Positions 39,768-49,291 are shown, numbered from the stretch's first letter. The stretch is DNA of 64,000 nucleotides from Bacteroidetes bacterium UBA7662 (GCA_002483345.1 DLHS01000016.1:21956-85955); one strand, 5' to 3'. Notes: a model not told the origin generated them from the sequence alone. A program made the numbers and translations.

Positions 39768-39979
39768 GTTATTCCGTGCTTCGTATTTGTTCTGTGTACA
39801 TCAGAGACAAATCTGGCAATGCGTATACTGATAATGATTTTGCTAAAATTTTAAACGATCTGTCCTGATAAATATTTGCCCGGCAGCTTAAACTGATGGA
39901 GATACTTTTCAGAAAACATGCTGTTTAGGCCTACAATTGCACAGCTTCGCTTGGTAAGTCCCAGGCCAAAAGGACAGAG

Positions 39980-39998
39980 TGAGTAATAATTTTACTCA
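39980..39998. promoter_or_regulatory. Palindromic operator TGAGTAA-N5-TTACTCA
   Basis: Perfect 7 bp dyad about 210 bp upstream of the first gene of the large operon. Confidence 0.6.
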
Positions 39999-40291
39999 AA
40001 GAAACGACAACAACAGCAATCCACCAAAAATTTGGATTGAATAAATCCGGAAGATGACTGTTAGACGAGGGTCTGAAAGCAGCATCTTTCCGGCACCCGG
40101 TTTGAGCCAGGCGCTGTGATTTTATACCATTAAAAAGGAAAAAGACCTGTCGGATTAATGATTCCCTGCGTCTGAATCTCTTACAGACAGATAAGCATCA
40201 ATGGATTTAAGAGAAACTTCACGCTATCGGTTGTCTGATTTTCTCTGTCCCGGATTGGATTCTCAGGAGCATCCGGCATAATTTGTCAGGG

Positions 40292-41299
40292 TCAGCCGGC
40301 TTTGTAGATGCGTTCTATGATATCTACCACTTTCATTCCTTCAAGTGCATTGGTGGTAACATCTGATTTCCCGTTAAGTACGTCTATGACGTTTTCAATG
40401 ATGAGGTGATGGTTCTGTGCGGAACCTTTGAAAGCCCCGTAGTCATTACCTGGATTTGTCGGGGCAAGTTCCGGTAGTACATAATCCCGGATATGGCAAT
40501 ACTCAACTTTGTCCATGTATTGTCCGCCTACCCTGACAGAACCTTTTTCCCCGATAATGGTAATACTGCTTTCAAGATTTTTATCCCATACAGCTGTAGA
40601 AAAACTAAGAACACCGCTTCCACCGGAGCAAAAATCGAAAGTCACGAGGCCTGAATCGTTGAACTCTGTCAATCCGGCATGATTAAAATTATAAAACCGG
40701 CTGTGGATGTGCTCAATATCTCCGAAAAGCCAGAACATGATATCTATGAAATGGGAAAACTGAGTATAAAGAACTCCTCCATCAAACTTTTGAGTACCCC
40801 TCCAGCTTCCAGGCAGGTAATATCTCTGATCTCTGTTCCAGTAACAATTCAACTGCAACATATAGAGTTTTCCCAATCTCCCTTCCTCTACTATGTTCTT
40901 CAGCCAAACAGAGGGAGGAGAATACCGGTTTTGCATAACCACAAAAATCCTGCGGTCAACCTGCGTTGATAATGAAACTATCTCCTCTGCATCTGCTTTG
41001 CTCAGCGTCATGGGTTTTTCAATCACCACATGTTTTCCGGCTTTCAATGCAGCGATAGCCAGACTGGCATGCAAACCGTTGGGCGCAGCAATGTTAATCA
41101 CATCTATGTCCAGACCTGCTTCCAGACAAGCGGTCAGATCCTGAAATACACGAACACCCTGCTTCCTGAATAATTCCGTTTTATCGGAATCGGGATCAAC
41201 CACAGCTGTGAGTGCTGCCAACGGGTTTTTATTTATTATTTCTGCGTGCCGTTTCCCAATGTGGCCACCACCAACAACAGCGAAATTTATGCATTTCAT
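40292..41299 (-). CDS. wbpB: WbpB/WlbA-like 3-dehydrogenase (Gfo/Idh/MocA)
   Basis: VGGGHIGKRH, PNGLH, IEKPM, QNRYSP, YWNRD..YY..WRGT..DGG.LYTQFSHFID; start ATG 41299. Confidence 0.82.
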   Translation of the reverse strand: MKCINFAVVGGGHIGKRHAEIINKNPLAALTAVVDPDSDKTELFRKQGVRVFQDLTACLEAGLDIDVINIAAPNGLHASLAIAALKAGKHVVIEKPMTLSKADAEEIVSLSTQVDRRIFVVMQNRYSPPSVWLKNIVEEGRLGKLYMLQLNCYWNRDQRYYLPGSWRGTQKFDGGVLYTQFSHFIDIMFWLFGDIEHIHSRFYNFNHAGLTEFNDSGLVTFDFCSGGSGVLSFSTAVWDKNLESSITIIGEKGSVRVGGQYMDKVEYCHIRDYVLPELAPTNPGNDYGAFKGSAQNHHLIIENVIDVLNGKSDVTTNALEGMKVVDIIERIYKAG

Positions 41300-41300
41300 G

Positions 41301-41891
41301 TTATGATTTCCTTTTAACCGCGCCTGCAATCATTTCGTATTGCTGTCCGCTTTCAGGGCAAATGGCCATGCCAGATGCATCAAAAACAAGTTTGTGGCCA
41401 TACTCACTTACCCAGCCACTTTGTCTGGCAGGATTCCCTACCATCAATGCATAGGCCGGCACCTCCCTGGTTATTACTGCACCTGCTCCAATCAATGCAA
41501 ACTGATGAATGTCATGGCCGCATACAATAGTAGCATTGGCTCCGATGCTGGCTCCCTTCTCTACTTTGGTTTTGACATACGCTTCCTTCCTGCTGACGGC
41601 ACTGCGAGGGTTTATAATGTTGGTGAAAACACAGGAAGGTCCCAAAAAAACATCGTCCTCACAGCTGACACCGGTATACAGACTTACATTGTTCTGAACC
41701 TTTACGTTGTTACCCAGTACTACCCCGGGAGAAACAACTACGTTCTGTCCAATATTGCAATTCTGACCTATAATGCTGCCGGTCATGACATGGCAGAAAT
41801 GCCATATACGGGTTCCGGCACCTATTTCACAGCCCTCATCTATGACAGCTGTTTCGTGTGCAAAATATAATTTGGAATCAGAGTCTGGCAT
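41301..41891 (-). CDS. wbpD: UDP-GlcNAc3NA N-acetyltransferase
   Basis: HETAVID, TRIWHF, CNIGQNV, KVQNNVS, FTNIINPRS, GNPAR.GW, CP.SG. Confidence 0.88.
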   Translation of the reverse strand: MPDSDSKLYFAHETAVIDEGCEIGAGTRIWHFCHVMTGSIIGQNCNIGQNVVVSPGVVLGNNVKVQNNVSLYTGVSCEDDVFLGPSCVFTNIINPRSAVSRKEAYVKTKVEKGASIGANATIVCGHDIHQFALIGAGAVITREVPAYALMVGNPARQSGWVSEYGHKLVFDASGMAICPESGQQYEMIAGAVKRKS

Positions 41892-43173
41892 CCGCTAAAT
41901 GGCGTGGAATAAAGGCTTTGGTGTCGAAAATAACGGCCCCTTGTGCCTTCATCTTTTCAAAATCTATGCTTTTAAAGCTTTCATGAGAGACAGCCACAAT
42001 AACCGACTGGTACTTTTTATCAACCAACTGCTCTAAAAGATCCAGCTTATACTCGTGTTTAACTTCATCCGCATTTGCCCAGGGGTCATAAACATCTACC
42101 TGCAGGCCAAACTGAACCAATTCATTGTAAATATCGATAACCTTCGTGTTCCGGACATCCGGACAGTTTTCCTTGAAGGTTACTCCCAGAATAAGGGAGT
42201 GCGCCCCTTTGATGGTATGTCCTTTCTGGATCATCAACTTTACGACCTTGTTTGCCACAAACATGCCCATATTGTCATTCACCCTTCTCCCGGAAAGAAT
42301 AACCTGAGGGTGATAGCCCAATGACTCTGCCTTGTGCGCAAGGTAATATGGATCAACACCTATGCAGTGACCGCCAACCAGGCCTGGTTTGTACTTCAGG
42401 AAATTCCACTTGGTAGCGGCTGCATCCAGCACATCCTGGGTGTCGATTCCCATTCTGTCGAAAATAAGCGCAAGTTCATTCACAAAAGAGATGTTCACAT
42501 CCCTTTGTGCGTTCTCAATTGCCTTCGATGCTTCAGCAACCCGGATTGAACTGGCCATGAAAGTTCCTGCGGTAATAATAGAGGCATATAATTTATTCAC
42601 CAGCACGGCTATTTCAGGGGTAGAGCCGGATGTAACTTTTTTAATCTTTGTAAGCGTATTTACTTTGTCGCCCGGATTTATTCTTTCAGGGGAGTAGCCG
42701 CAAAAGAAATCCTGATTGAACCGGAGGCCGGAGAACTTTTCGAGTATAGGCACACAGTCTTCTTCTGTACAGCCGGGGTAAACAGTCGACTCATAAACCA
42801 CGACATCTCCTTTGGAAAGAACTTTGCCAAGCATTTCAGAAGCTTTCAACAGAGGCTTCAAGTCAGGTGCTTTAAAGCTATCAATAGGTGTCGGAACGGT
42901 AACGATGTAAAAATTTCTGTCTTTCAGAAAGGCGGTCTCATGGGAGAAACGTAATCCTGTTTTTGAGTTTTCTCCGGATACAAATACTGCTTTCAATTCT
43001 TCAGGGTCAGCTTCCAGGGTACGGTCTTCTCCCCGTCGAAGCTCTCCGATACGGTCTTCGTTGATATCAAAACCAAGTACATCGTATTTTTTGGCAAATT
43101 CGATTGCCAACGGCAACCCTACATAACCCAACCCAATTATCGCAATTTTCGGCTCAAAAGAATCAAAATCCAT
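41878..43173 (-). CDS. UDP-N-acetylhexosamine 6-dehydrogenase (WbpA/WbpO/TviB)
   Basis: IGLGYVGLPLA, ESTVYPG, YSPERINPGD, KAIENAQRDVNI, PGLVGGHCIGVDP, FKENCPD. Confidence 0.92.
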   Translation of the reverse strand: MDFDSFEPKIAIIGLGYVGLPLAIEFAKKYDVLGFDINEDRIGELRRGEDRTLEADPEELKAVFVSGENSKTGLRFSHETAFLKDRNFYIVTVPTPIDSFKAPDLKPLLKASEMLGKVLSKGDVVVYESTVYPGCTEEDCVPILEKFSGLRFNQDFFCGYSPERINPGDKVNTLTKIKKVTSGSTPEIAVLVNKLYASIITAGTFMASSIRVAEASKAIENAQRDVNISFVNELALIFDRMGIDTQDVLDAAATKWNFLKYKPGLVGGHCIGVDPYYLAHKAESLGYHPQVILSGRRVNDNMGMFVANKVVKLMIQKGHTIKGAHSLILGVTFKENCPDVRNTKVIDIYNELVQFGLQVDVYDPWANADEVKHEYKLDLLEQLVDKKYQSVIVAVSHESFKSIDFEKMKAQGAVIFDTKAFIPRHLADARL

Positions 43174-43226
43174 TTTCTACTTATTGGCTGCTAAAATAAC
43201 TAATCCTCTTTGATATCCCGAATTCA

Positions 43227-43234
43227 TATCTTTG
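43227..43234 (+). promoter_or_regulatory. Bacteroidota -7 box TATCTTTG
   Basis: Exact TAnnTTTG 15 bp upstream of ATG 43250. Confidence 0.6.
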
Positions 43235-43249
43235 TGCAAAAACAATTTC

Positions 43250-44377
43250 ATGCGTCAGCCTCTTCAGATGGTCGATTTAAAGGCCCAATACGAGCTTATA
43301 CAAACTGAAATCGACCAGGCTGTACTGAACGTAGTACGTTCGACGGCCTATATAAACGGCCCGGAAGTAAAACAGTTTCAGGAAGGGTTGCAGAAATACC
43401 TGGGGGTAGCTCACGTAATTCCGTGTGCCAACGGCACCGACGCCCTTCAGATAGCCATGATGGCTTTGGGTCTTCAGCCCGGAGACGAAGTTATCACGGC
43501 CAGTTTTACCTACGTGGCGACGGCTGAAGTAATCGCACTGCTGAAGCTTACACCTGTTTTGGTTGATGTTGATCCTGTCACCTTCAATATCAACCCTGCG
43601 GAAGTTGAAAAAGCCATCACTCCGCGTACAAAAGCGATTGTCCCGGTACATCTTTTTGGTCAATGCGCCAATATGGAGGCCTTGCTGGCAATCGCTGAAA
43701 AACACAATTTGTTTGTGATTGAGGATACTGCCCAGGCCATCGGTGCCGAATATACTTTTTCGGACGGCCGTAAAGCCAAGGCGGGCACCATGGGTACTGT
43801 TGGTACCACCAGTTTTTTTCCGTCCAAAAATCTGGGTTGTTACGGGGATGGCGGCGCAATCATGACGCAGGATGAACCTCTGGCCAAAAAAATCAGGACG
43901 ATAGCCAATCACGGGCAATCGGTTCAGTACTATCACGATGAAATCGGGGTCAACTCCCGTCTTGACAGTATTCAGGCGGCTGTTTTAAACGTGAAACTGC
44001 CCCATCTCGACAGATACAATGCCTCCAGAAAAGCAGCAGCGGATTTTTATAATCAGGCATTTTCAGGCAATTCCAAATACACGACTCCTGGCCTTGATTC
44101 AAAGTCAACACATGTTTTCCATCAATACACCCTACAATTACACGGTATTGATCGTCAGGGGCTTCGTGACCATCTGGCTGCCAGGCAGATTCCAAGCATG
44201 ATATATTACCCCGTACCCCTGCATATACAGAAGGCCTACAGCAGTGACCGATATCAGCCAGGTGCATTTCCGGTAACCGAAAAATTATGTGCCTCTGTAC
44301 TCTCACTACCCATGCATTCTGAGCTGACATCGGAGCAATTGAACCATATTGTTGCAGGAGTGCTCTCCTATCATTAA
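43250..44377 (+). CDS. wbpE: DegT aminotransferase (WbpE/PorR-like)
   Basis: QMVDLKAQY, CANGTDALQIA, EDTAQA, SFFPSKNLGCYGDGG, NSRLD; divergent from wbpA/D/B. Confidence 0.8.
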   Translation: MRQPLQMVDLKAQYELIQTEIDQAVLNVVRSTAYINGPEVKQFQEGLQKYLGVAHVIPCANGTDALQIAMMALGLQPGDEVITASFTYVATAEVIALLKLTPVLVDVDPVTFNINPAEVEKAITPRTKAIVPVHLFGQCANMEALLAIAEKHNLFVIEDTAQAIGAEYTFSDGRKAKAGTMGTVGTTSFFPSKNLGCYGDGGAIMTQDEPLAKKIRTIANHGQSVQYYHDEIGVNSRLDSIQAAVLNVKLPHLDRYNASRKAAADFYNQAFSGNSKYTTPGLDSKSTHVFHQYTLQLHGIDRQGLRDHLAARQIPSMIYYPVPLHIQKAYSSDRYQPGAFPVTEKLCASVLSLPMHSELTSEQLNHIVAGVLSYH

Positions 44378-44477
44378 TTCAACCCTTGATCATGGGTTAT
44401 GCCCCGCCGGTATTCCCATTGCGTTCATCCATGCCGGGTGGTGCTTATTTTCACCTTGCGCTTCATTCTCCAAGGCC

Positions 44478-44485
44478 TATCTTTG
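44478..44485 (+). promoter_or_regulatory. Bacteroidota -7 box TATCTTTG for ugd
   Basis: Exact TAnnTTTG with TTG about 19 bp upstream; 18 bp before ATG 44504. Confidence 0.65.
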
Positions 44486-44503
44486 CGCAACCAAAGCTGT
44501 TTT

Positions 44504-45820
44504 ATGAAAATTGTTGTTGTTGGCACCGGTTATGTTGGATTGGTAACAGGCACTTGTTTTGCCGAAGTTGGCATTGATGTAACCTGCATAGACATTGATC
44601 AGAAGAAGATTGATAATCTCCACCAGGGTATCATGCCCATCTATGAACCCGGTCTGGAAGAAATGGTGCTGCGCAACGTTGACAAAGGCCGTTTACACTT
44701 TTCAACCAATTTGAAAGACAGCATTCAGGGCGCTGAAGTTGCTTTTATTGCCGTAGGAACTCCCCCGGGAGAAGACGGCAGTGCAGATTTGAAGTATGTT
44801 CTGGGAGTTGGCCGTGAAATCGGCGAGCATATGTCGGACTACCTGGTTGTTGTAACCAAATCGACGGTACCTGTCGGAACGAGCCATAAAGTAAAAAAGG
44901 CTGTTGCGGATGCATTGGCTGGAAGAAAAGCGCAGATACCTTTCGATGTGGCCTCCAACCCTGAATTCCTGAAAGAAGGGGCGGCCATTGATGATTTTCT
45001 CAAACCCGACCGTATTGTCGTGGGCACAGAAAGCGCCCGTGCGGAAGAGATTATCGGAAAACTTTATAAGCCTTTTGTGATGAACGGCCATCCCATCTTA
45101 TTTATGGATGTGCCGTCGGCTGAGATGACCAAATATGCAGCCAACTCCATGCTGGCTACCAAGATCAGCTTCATGAATGATATTGCCAATCTGTGCGAAA
45201 TCATGGGAGCAGATGTAAATCTGGTTCGGAAAGGTATCGGAAGTGATGCCCGGATAGGCAATAAGTTTATATATCCCGGGGTAGGTTATGGCGGAAGCTG
45301 TTTCCCGAAAGATGTCAAGGCCCTGGTTAAAACCGCCAAGGAGCATGGTTACCAGATGCGGATACTGGAATCAGTGGAGGCGGTTAACGAAGACCAGAAA
45401 CATGTGCTCTCCAACAAAGTCATCAAACATTTTGGCGAGGATCTTTCAGGCAAAACCTTTGGTGTCTGGGGTCTTTCTTTCAAACCAAAAACAGATGATA
45501 TGCGCGAAGCGCCGAGCGTAGTCATCATCAACAACCTGCTTAAGCGGGGAGCGAAGGTATTGGCCTACGACCCTGTAGCCATGTCAGAGGCCCGGCATCA
45601 GCTTCATGACACGATTACCTACAGCAAAAATCAATACGAAGCGCTTGCGGAAGCAGATGCTATGCTGTTGATTACAGAGTGGCCCGAATTCAGATTACCT
45701 GACTTCGAAGAGATGAAGCGGCTGATGAAAGGAAGGGTAATTTTCGATGGCCGGAATCAATACGATACAAGGGAAGTGCAAAAGCATGGATTTACCTATT
45801 ATAGCATAGGGGTACGCTAA
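44504..45820 (+). CDS. ugd: UDP-glucose 6-dehydrogenase
   Basis: MKIVVVGTGYVGLV, KSTVPVGT, SNPEFLKEG, KYAAN, GYGGSCFPKD, FKPKTDDMRE. Confidence 0.95.
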   Translation: MKIVVVGTGYVGLVTGTCFAEVGIDVTCIDIDQKKIDNLHQGIMPIYEPGLEEMVLRNVDKGRLHFSTNLKDSIQGAEVAFIAVGTPPGEDGSADLKYVLGVGREIGEHMSDYLVVVTKSTVPVGTSHKVKKAVADALAGRKAQIPFDVASNPEFLKEGAAIDDFLKPDRIVVGTESARAEEIIGKLYKPFVMNGHPILFMDVPSAEMTKYAANSMLATKISFMNDIANLCEIMGADVNLVRKGIGSDARIGNKFIYPGVGYGGSCFPKDVKALVKTAKEHGYQMRILESVEAVNEDQKHVLSNKVIKHFGEDLSGKTFGVWGLSFKPKTDDMREAPSVVIINNLLKRGAKVLAYDPVAMSEARHQLHDTITYSKNQYEALAEADAMLLITEWPEFRLPDFEEMKRLMKGRVIFDGRNQYDTREVQKHGFTYYSIGVR

Positions 45821-46094
45821 GCTGCTTACCGGCGCAAAAGGCATTACCCTTTGGCTACCAGAAACAGACCGGAGGGTTCCGTTGTGTTTTAAACACTTAC
45901 CACCAGTATTTTCAGCTCGTTAAACATCCATCCGACGGAGGCTTACCCGGTCATAGCAACATCAGGGAAGGGAAATCTCTCCTTGAAATAAGAAAAGAAA
46001 TAAGCATCTTGAGTTCAGACTATGGCAACTGAAACGCTGCCAATCTAAAATACAGGTACGCAAAACCTCCTTATTACCATTCAACTAATCTCCC

Positions 46095-47078
46095 ATGCCG
46101 CGTATTCTTATCACCGGTGCCGCCGGTTTTCTGGGTTCCCACTTATGTGACCGTTTCATCCAAGAAGGATATCAGGTGGTGGCAATGGATAATCTCATCA
46201 CCGGGGATTTGAAAAACATTGAGCACCTGACACCATTGCCCCAGTTTGAGTTCTATCATCACGATGTTTCGAAATTTGTTCATGTTTCAGGAGCGCTGGA
46301 TGAGATTCTCCATTTTGCATCACCGGCCAGTCCGATCGATTATCTTAAAATACCTATTCAGACCCTTAAAGTAGGATCGTTGGGTATACATAATCTGCTT
46401 GGACTGGCTAAAGAGAAAAATGCCAGAATTCTGATTGCCTCTACTTCAGAGGTTTACGGCGACCCCGACATCCATCCGCAACCAGAAAGTTATTGGGGGA
46501 ATGTAAATCCGGTTGGTCCCAGAGGTGTTTATGATGAGGCCAAGCGTTTTCAGGAGGCTATGACCATGGCCTACCATACCTACCATGGGCTGGAGACAAG
46601 AATTGTCCGCATCTTCAATACCTATGGCCCGCGCATGCGACTCAATGATGGCCGGGTACTGCCGGCCTTCATCGGTCAGGCACTCCGCGGAGAAGATCTG
46701 ACCATTTTTGGAGACGGGAGTCAAACCCGTTCCTTTTGTTATGTGGATGATTTGATTGAGGGTATTTTCCGCCTGCTTAAAAGTGATTATGCCGGACCGG
46801 TCAACATTGGAAACCCGGATGAGATTACCATCCGGCAATTTGCCGAGGAGATTATCAAATTAACAGGTACCAGTCAGAAGATTGTTTATAAGCCGCTGCC
46901 AACAGATGATCCCAAACAACGACAGCCCGACATTAGTCTGGCCAGAAGGTTATTGAATTGGGAGCCGGCCATCGACCGGGCAGAAGGTTTAAGACGTACC
47001 TACGCTTATTTCAAAGATTTACCTCAGGAGGAACTTTACCGGGAGGCGCACGGCAGAAACTTCATTAAGAAAAACTAG
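46095..47078 (+). CDS. uxs: UDP-glucuronate decarboxylase (UDP-xylose synthase)
   Basis: [55 protein letters not shown]. Confidence 0.9.
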   Translation: MPRILITGAAGFLGSHLCDRFIQEGYQVVAMDNLITGDLKNIEHLTPLPQFEFYHHDVSKFVHVSGALDEILHFASPASPIDYLKIPIQTLKVGSLGIHNLLGLAKEKNARILIASTSEVYGDPDIHPQPESYWGNVNPVGPRGVYDEAKRFQEAMTMAYHTYHGLETRIVRIFNTYGPRMRLNDGRVLPAFIGQALRGEDLTIFGDGSQTRSFCYVDDLIEGIFRLLKSDYAGPVNIGNPDEITIRQFAEEIIKLTGTSQKIVYKPLPTDDPKQRQPDISLARRLLNWEPAIDRAEGLRRTYAYFKDLPQEELYREAHGRNFIKKN

Positions 47079-47122
47079 ACTGCCGGTGCTCTTTTGGAAA
47101 GGTTATTCTGAAAGAAATTCCT

Positions 47123-47521
47123 TTACTTTTTTCTCATAGACTTAATCAGGATGTAGGAAGACAGGTACTGATTCAGTTTCCGTTTCGGATTGGGCAGATA
47201 TTTCAGGCTATCCTCCCTGACAGCGAAGGCATCACCATTAAATTTGAACGATTTGTCAAACTTAAGGTATTGATGTTCTCTTCTGGATTTTGAATTTGAT
47301 TGCAGAATCAACTTATCCCCTTTTATTTCCCATTTGCCATGGTCTTCAAGAGAACTGCCATCCAGAAACGACTCCCGGTAGGTAAAGGTGTTGTCAGGAT
47401 TCAATTGTAAATCGAGCAATTGGTTCTTGTACTCATCCAGACCTATGTAAGTATGTAAATCAGCCACATTGACAAAGGAGCCGAAGAAGAACCATATTAA
47501 GATAAGCAGGAGCCTGTTCAT
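47123..47521 (-). CDS. Hypothetical secreted small beta protein (lipocalin-like)
   Basis: Hydrophobic N-terminus from ATG 47521, LQLNPDNTF...GKWEIKGDKLIL pattern. Confidence 0.6.
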   Translation of the reverse strand: MNRLLLILIWFFFGSFVNVADLHTYIGLDEYKNQLLDLQLNPDNTFTYRESFLDGSSLEDHGKWEIKGDKLILQSNSKSRREHQYLKFDKSFKFNGDAFAVREDSLKYLPNPKRKLNQYLSSYILIKSMRKK

Positions 47522-47775
47522 ATTAGGTATATTTAAATACAATCCAATTCTGGGAAAAAACTTTCTATAATCAAAGATACGACTGGAAGAGTAAAAGGGT
47601 TGGGTCATGCCTGACCTTTTTCAATTTTTAATCAGATATTAACAATTACGTGACAAATAGGCCTTCACCAATAACAGCGACGCACCTTATAACACTTGTA
47701 CATATCGATTAACAATTATGCATGATAAATTATGGTTCACTGGTCGAATAAAAACCAGGAATCGGGAATCAAATC

Positions 47776-47874
47776 AGTTATTTCATAAAAAACAAATAAA
47801 TTACAATAATTGGCATAATGATTGATATTGAGTGCTTTCTCAATTTTGGCAGTGTCAGTTTTTATGAAATAACT
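47776..47874. repeat. 16 bp perfect inverted repeat flanking putative upxY promoter
   Basis: AGTTATTTCATAAAAA (47776-47791) and TTTTTATGAAATAACT (47859-47874), 67 bp spacer. Confidence 0.75.
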
Positions 47875-47890
47875 TTCTGAACTTCGCTGC

Positions 47891-48382
47891 ATGAAAATCT
47901 GGTATGCGCTTTATACCCGTCCCCGCTTTGAAAAAAAAGCACAGCACTACCTTAATTTAAAAGGGATTGAAAGTTATTTACCCCTTACCCGCACCAAACG
48001 AAAGTGGAGCGACCGAATAAAATGGGTGGAGGAGCCGCTTTTCAAGTCTTATATTTTTGTCTGTATTGAGGAAAAGGATTACTACGAGGCCCTCAACACT
48101 CCTGGTATTGTACGATTTGTAACCTTTAACAGCAAAGCCGCCTCAATCCGGGAGCAGGACATACAGTTTCTGCACAAACTATTGGATACTGAATATATGG
48201 TAGAGGTGGTGGGAGCCTCGTTGGAGGCTGGTCAAGATGTAAAAATTGAAAGGGGCCCATTGACAGGTTTTACCGGTACTCTGATTTCCTATGCCGGCGA
48301 TAAAAAGGTAAGGGTGGACGTACTCCATTTGGAGCACTCTCTGCTGATAACAGTCCCGGTAGACTATCTCAGCGTGCTTTAG
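47891..48382 (+). CDS. upxY: UpxY-family (NusG paralogue) transcription antiterminator
   Basis: WYALYTRPRFEKK, YLPL..KRKWSDR.K.VEEPLFKSYIFV (NGN); G..V.I.RGPLTG..G (KOW). Confidence 0.92.
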   Translation: MKIWYALYTRPRFEKKAQHYLNLKGIESYLPLTRTKRKWSDRIKWVEEPLFKSYIFVCIEEKDYYEALNTPGIVRFVTFNSKAASIREQDIQFLHKLLDTEYMVEVVGASLEAGQDVKIERGPLTGFTGTLISYAGDKKVRVDVLHLEHSLLITVPVDYLSVL

Positions 48383-48532
48383 CAAAATTTTCTGAAGACT
48401 TGCAAAGGCCTTTCGGCCCATACAACCTCAATTGAGTTTACATTTAACTACTTTTGCTTCATTATCCCGTTAAATCTATTCCTTCAACTCCAGGTAATTC
48501 CAATATTCATCAAAACCATCCGTTAGCTGCCC

Positions 48533-49291
48533 ATGAAACTTTTGAAATTATACTGTTTGTCATGGTTTCTGGGGCTTCCTTTTTTGGCAGCGGCCCAGCA
48601 AGCCACCCCTAAAGAACCCATCCGGCTGGTTCAGGTAAAAACTTTCGCGGGTTATTATCTTCCACAGGCGGATCTGACGCAACGTTTTGGTGGAAGTGCA
48701 CTGGTAGGAATGGAAGTGAGCTATCAGCTCAAAAGCGGGTGGCTATTTGGCGTAAGCGGCGGCCATCTTTTTGGAAATAATGTGCTTGAGCGCGATATCA
48801 TGTCGAATATCACCACTGCATCGGGTGATATCATAACAGCCAATGGCGTTTATGAAGATTACAGACTCCGGACATTCGGGTGGGTTATGAATGCCCGGGT
48901 AGGCAAAATCATCCCTGTGATTGGCCCAAATGTAAATTCAGGTTTGCTGGTAGATTTTGGCCTGGGTATTATGCAGCATAAAATATGGATTGAAACACCC
49001 GTCATCAACAGTCCGCAACTGGAGGGTGACTATAAAAAGGGATACGACCGCCTGACCAATGGCCTTTCGTTAAACCAGTTTATAGGCTACCAACATCTTT
49101 CCAATAACCGTTTGATTAATTTTTATGTAGGCGTTGATGTTCATGAGGGTTTTACGCAAAATCGCCGCTCTGTGAACTACAATACCGGGCTTAAGGACGA
49201 CCGGCAGCGGCTGGATGTCCTGATAGGTCTTAAAGCAGGATGGATTTTACCTCTCTACCACAGGGCAGAAAAAGAACTCTCCTTCTATTGA
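48533..49291 (+). CDS. Hypothetical outer-membrane beta-barrel protein
   Basis: Signal peptide, alternating beta-strand pattern, KGYDRLTNG, GW.LP.Y terminus. Confidence 0.7.
   Translation: MKLLKLYCLSWFLGLPFLAAAQQATPKEPIRLVQVKTFAGYYLPQADLTQRFGGSALVGMEVSYQLKSGWLFGVSGGHLFGNNVLERDIMSNITTASGDIITANGVYEDYRLRTFGWVMNARVGKIIPVIGPNVNSGLLVDFGLGIMQHKIWIETPVINSPQLEGDYKKGYDRLTNGLSLNQFIGYQHLSNNRLINFYVGVDVHEGFTQNRRSVNYNTGLKDDRQRLDVLIGLKAGWILPLYHRAEKELSFY

Noticed and set aside
43277-43936. Long antisense ORFs (also 14857-15486, 54962-55585, 62385-62921)
   Set aside because: Shadow frames opposite well-supported conserved genes
45821-46094. 274 bp gap between ugd and uxs as ncRNA or riboswitch
   Set aside because: Only short hairpins, no motif I can recognise; cannot be supported without an Rfam search
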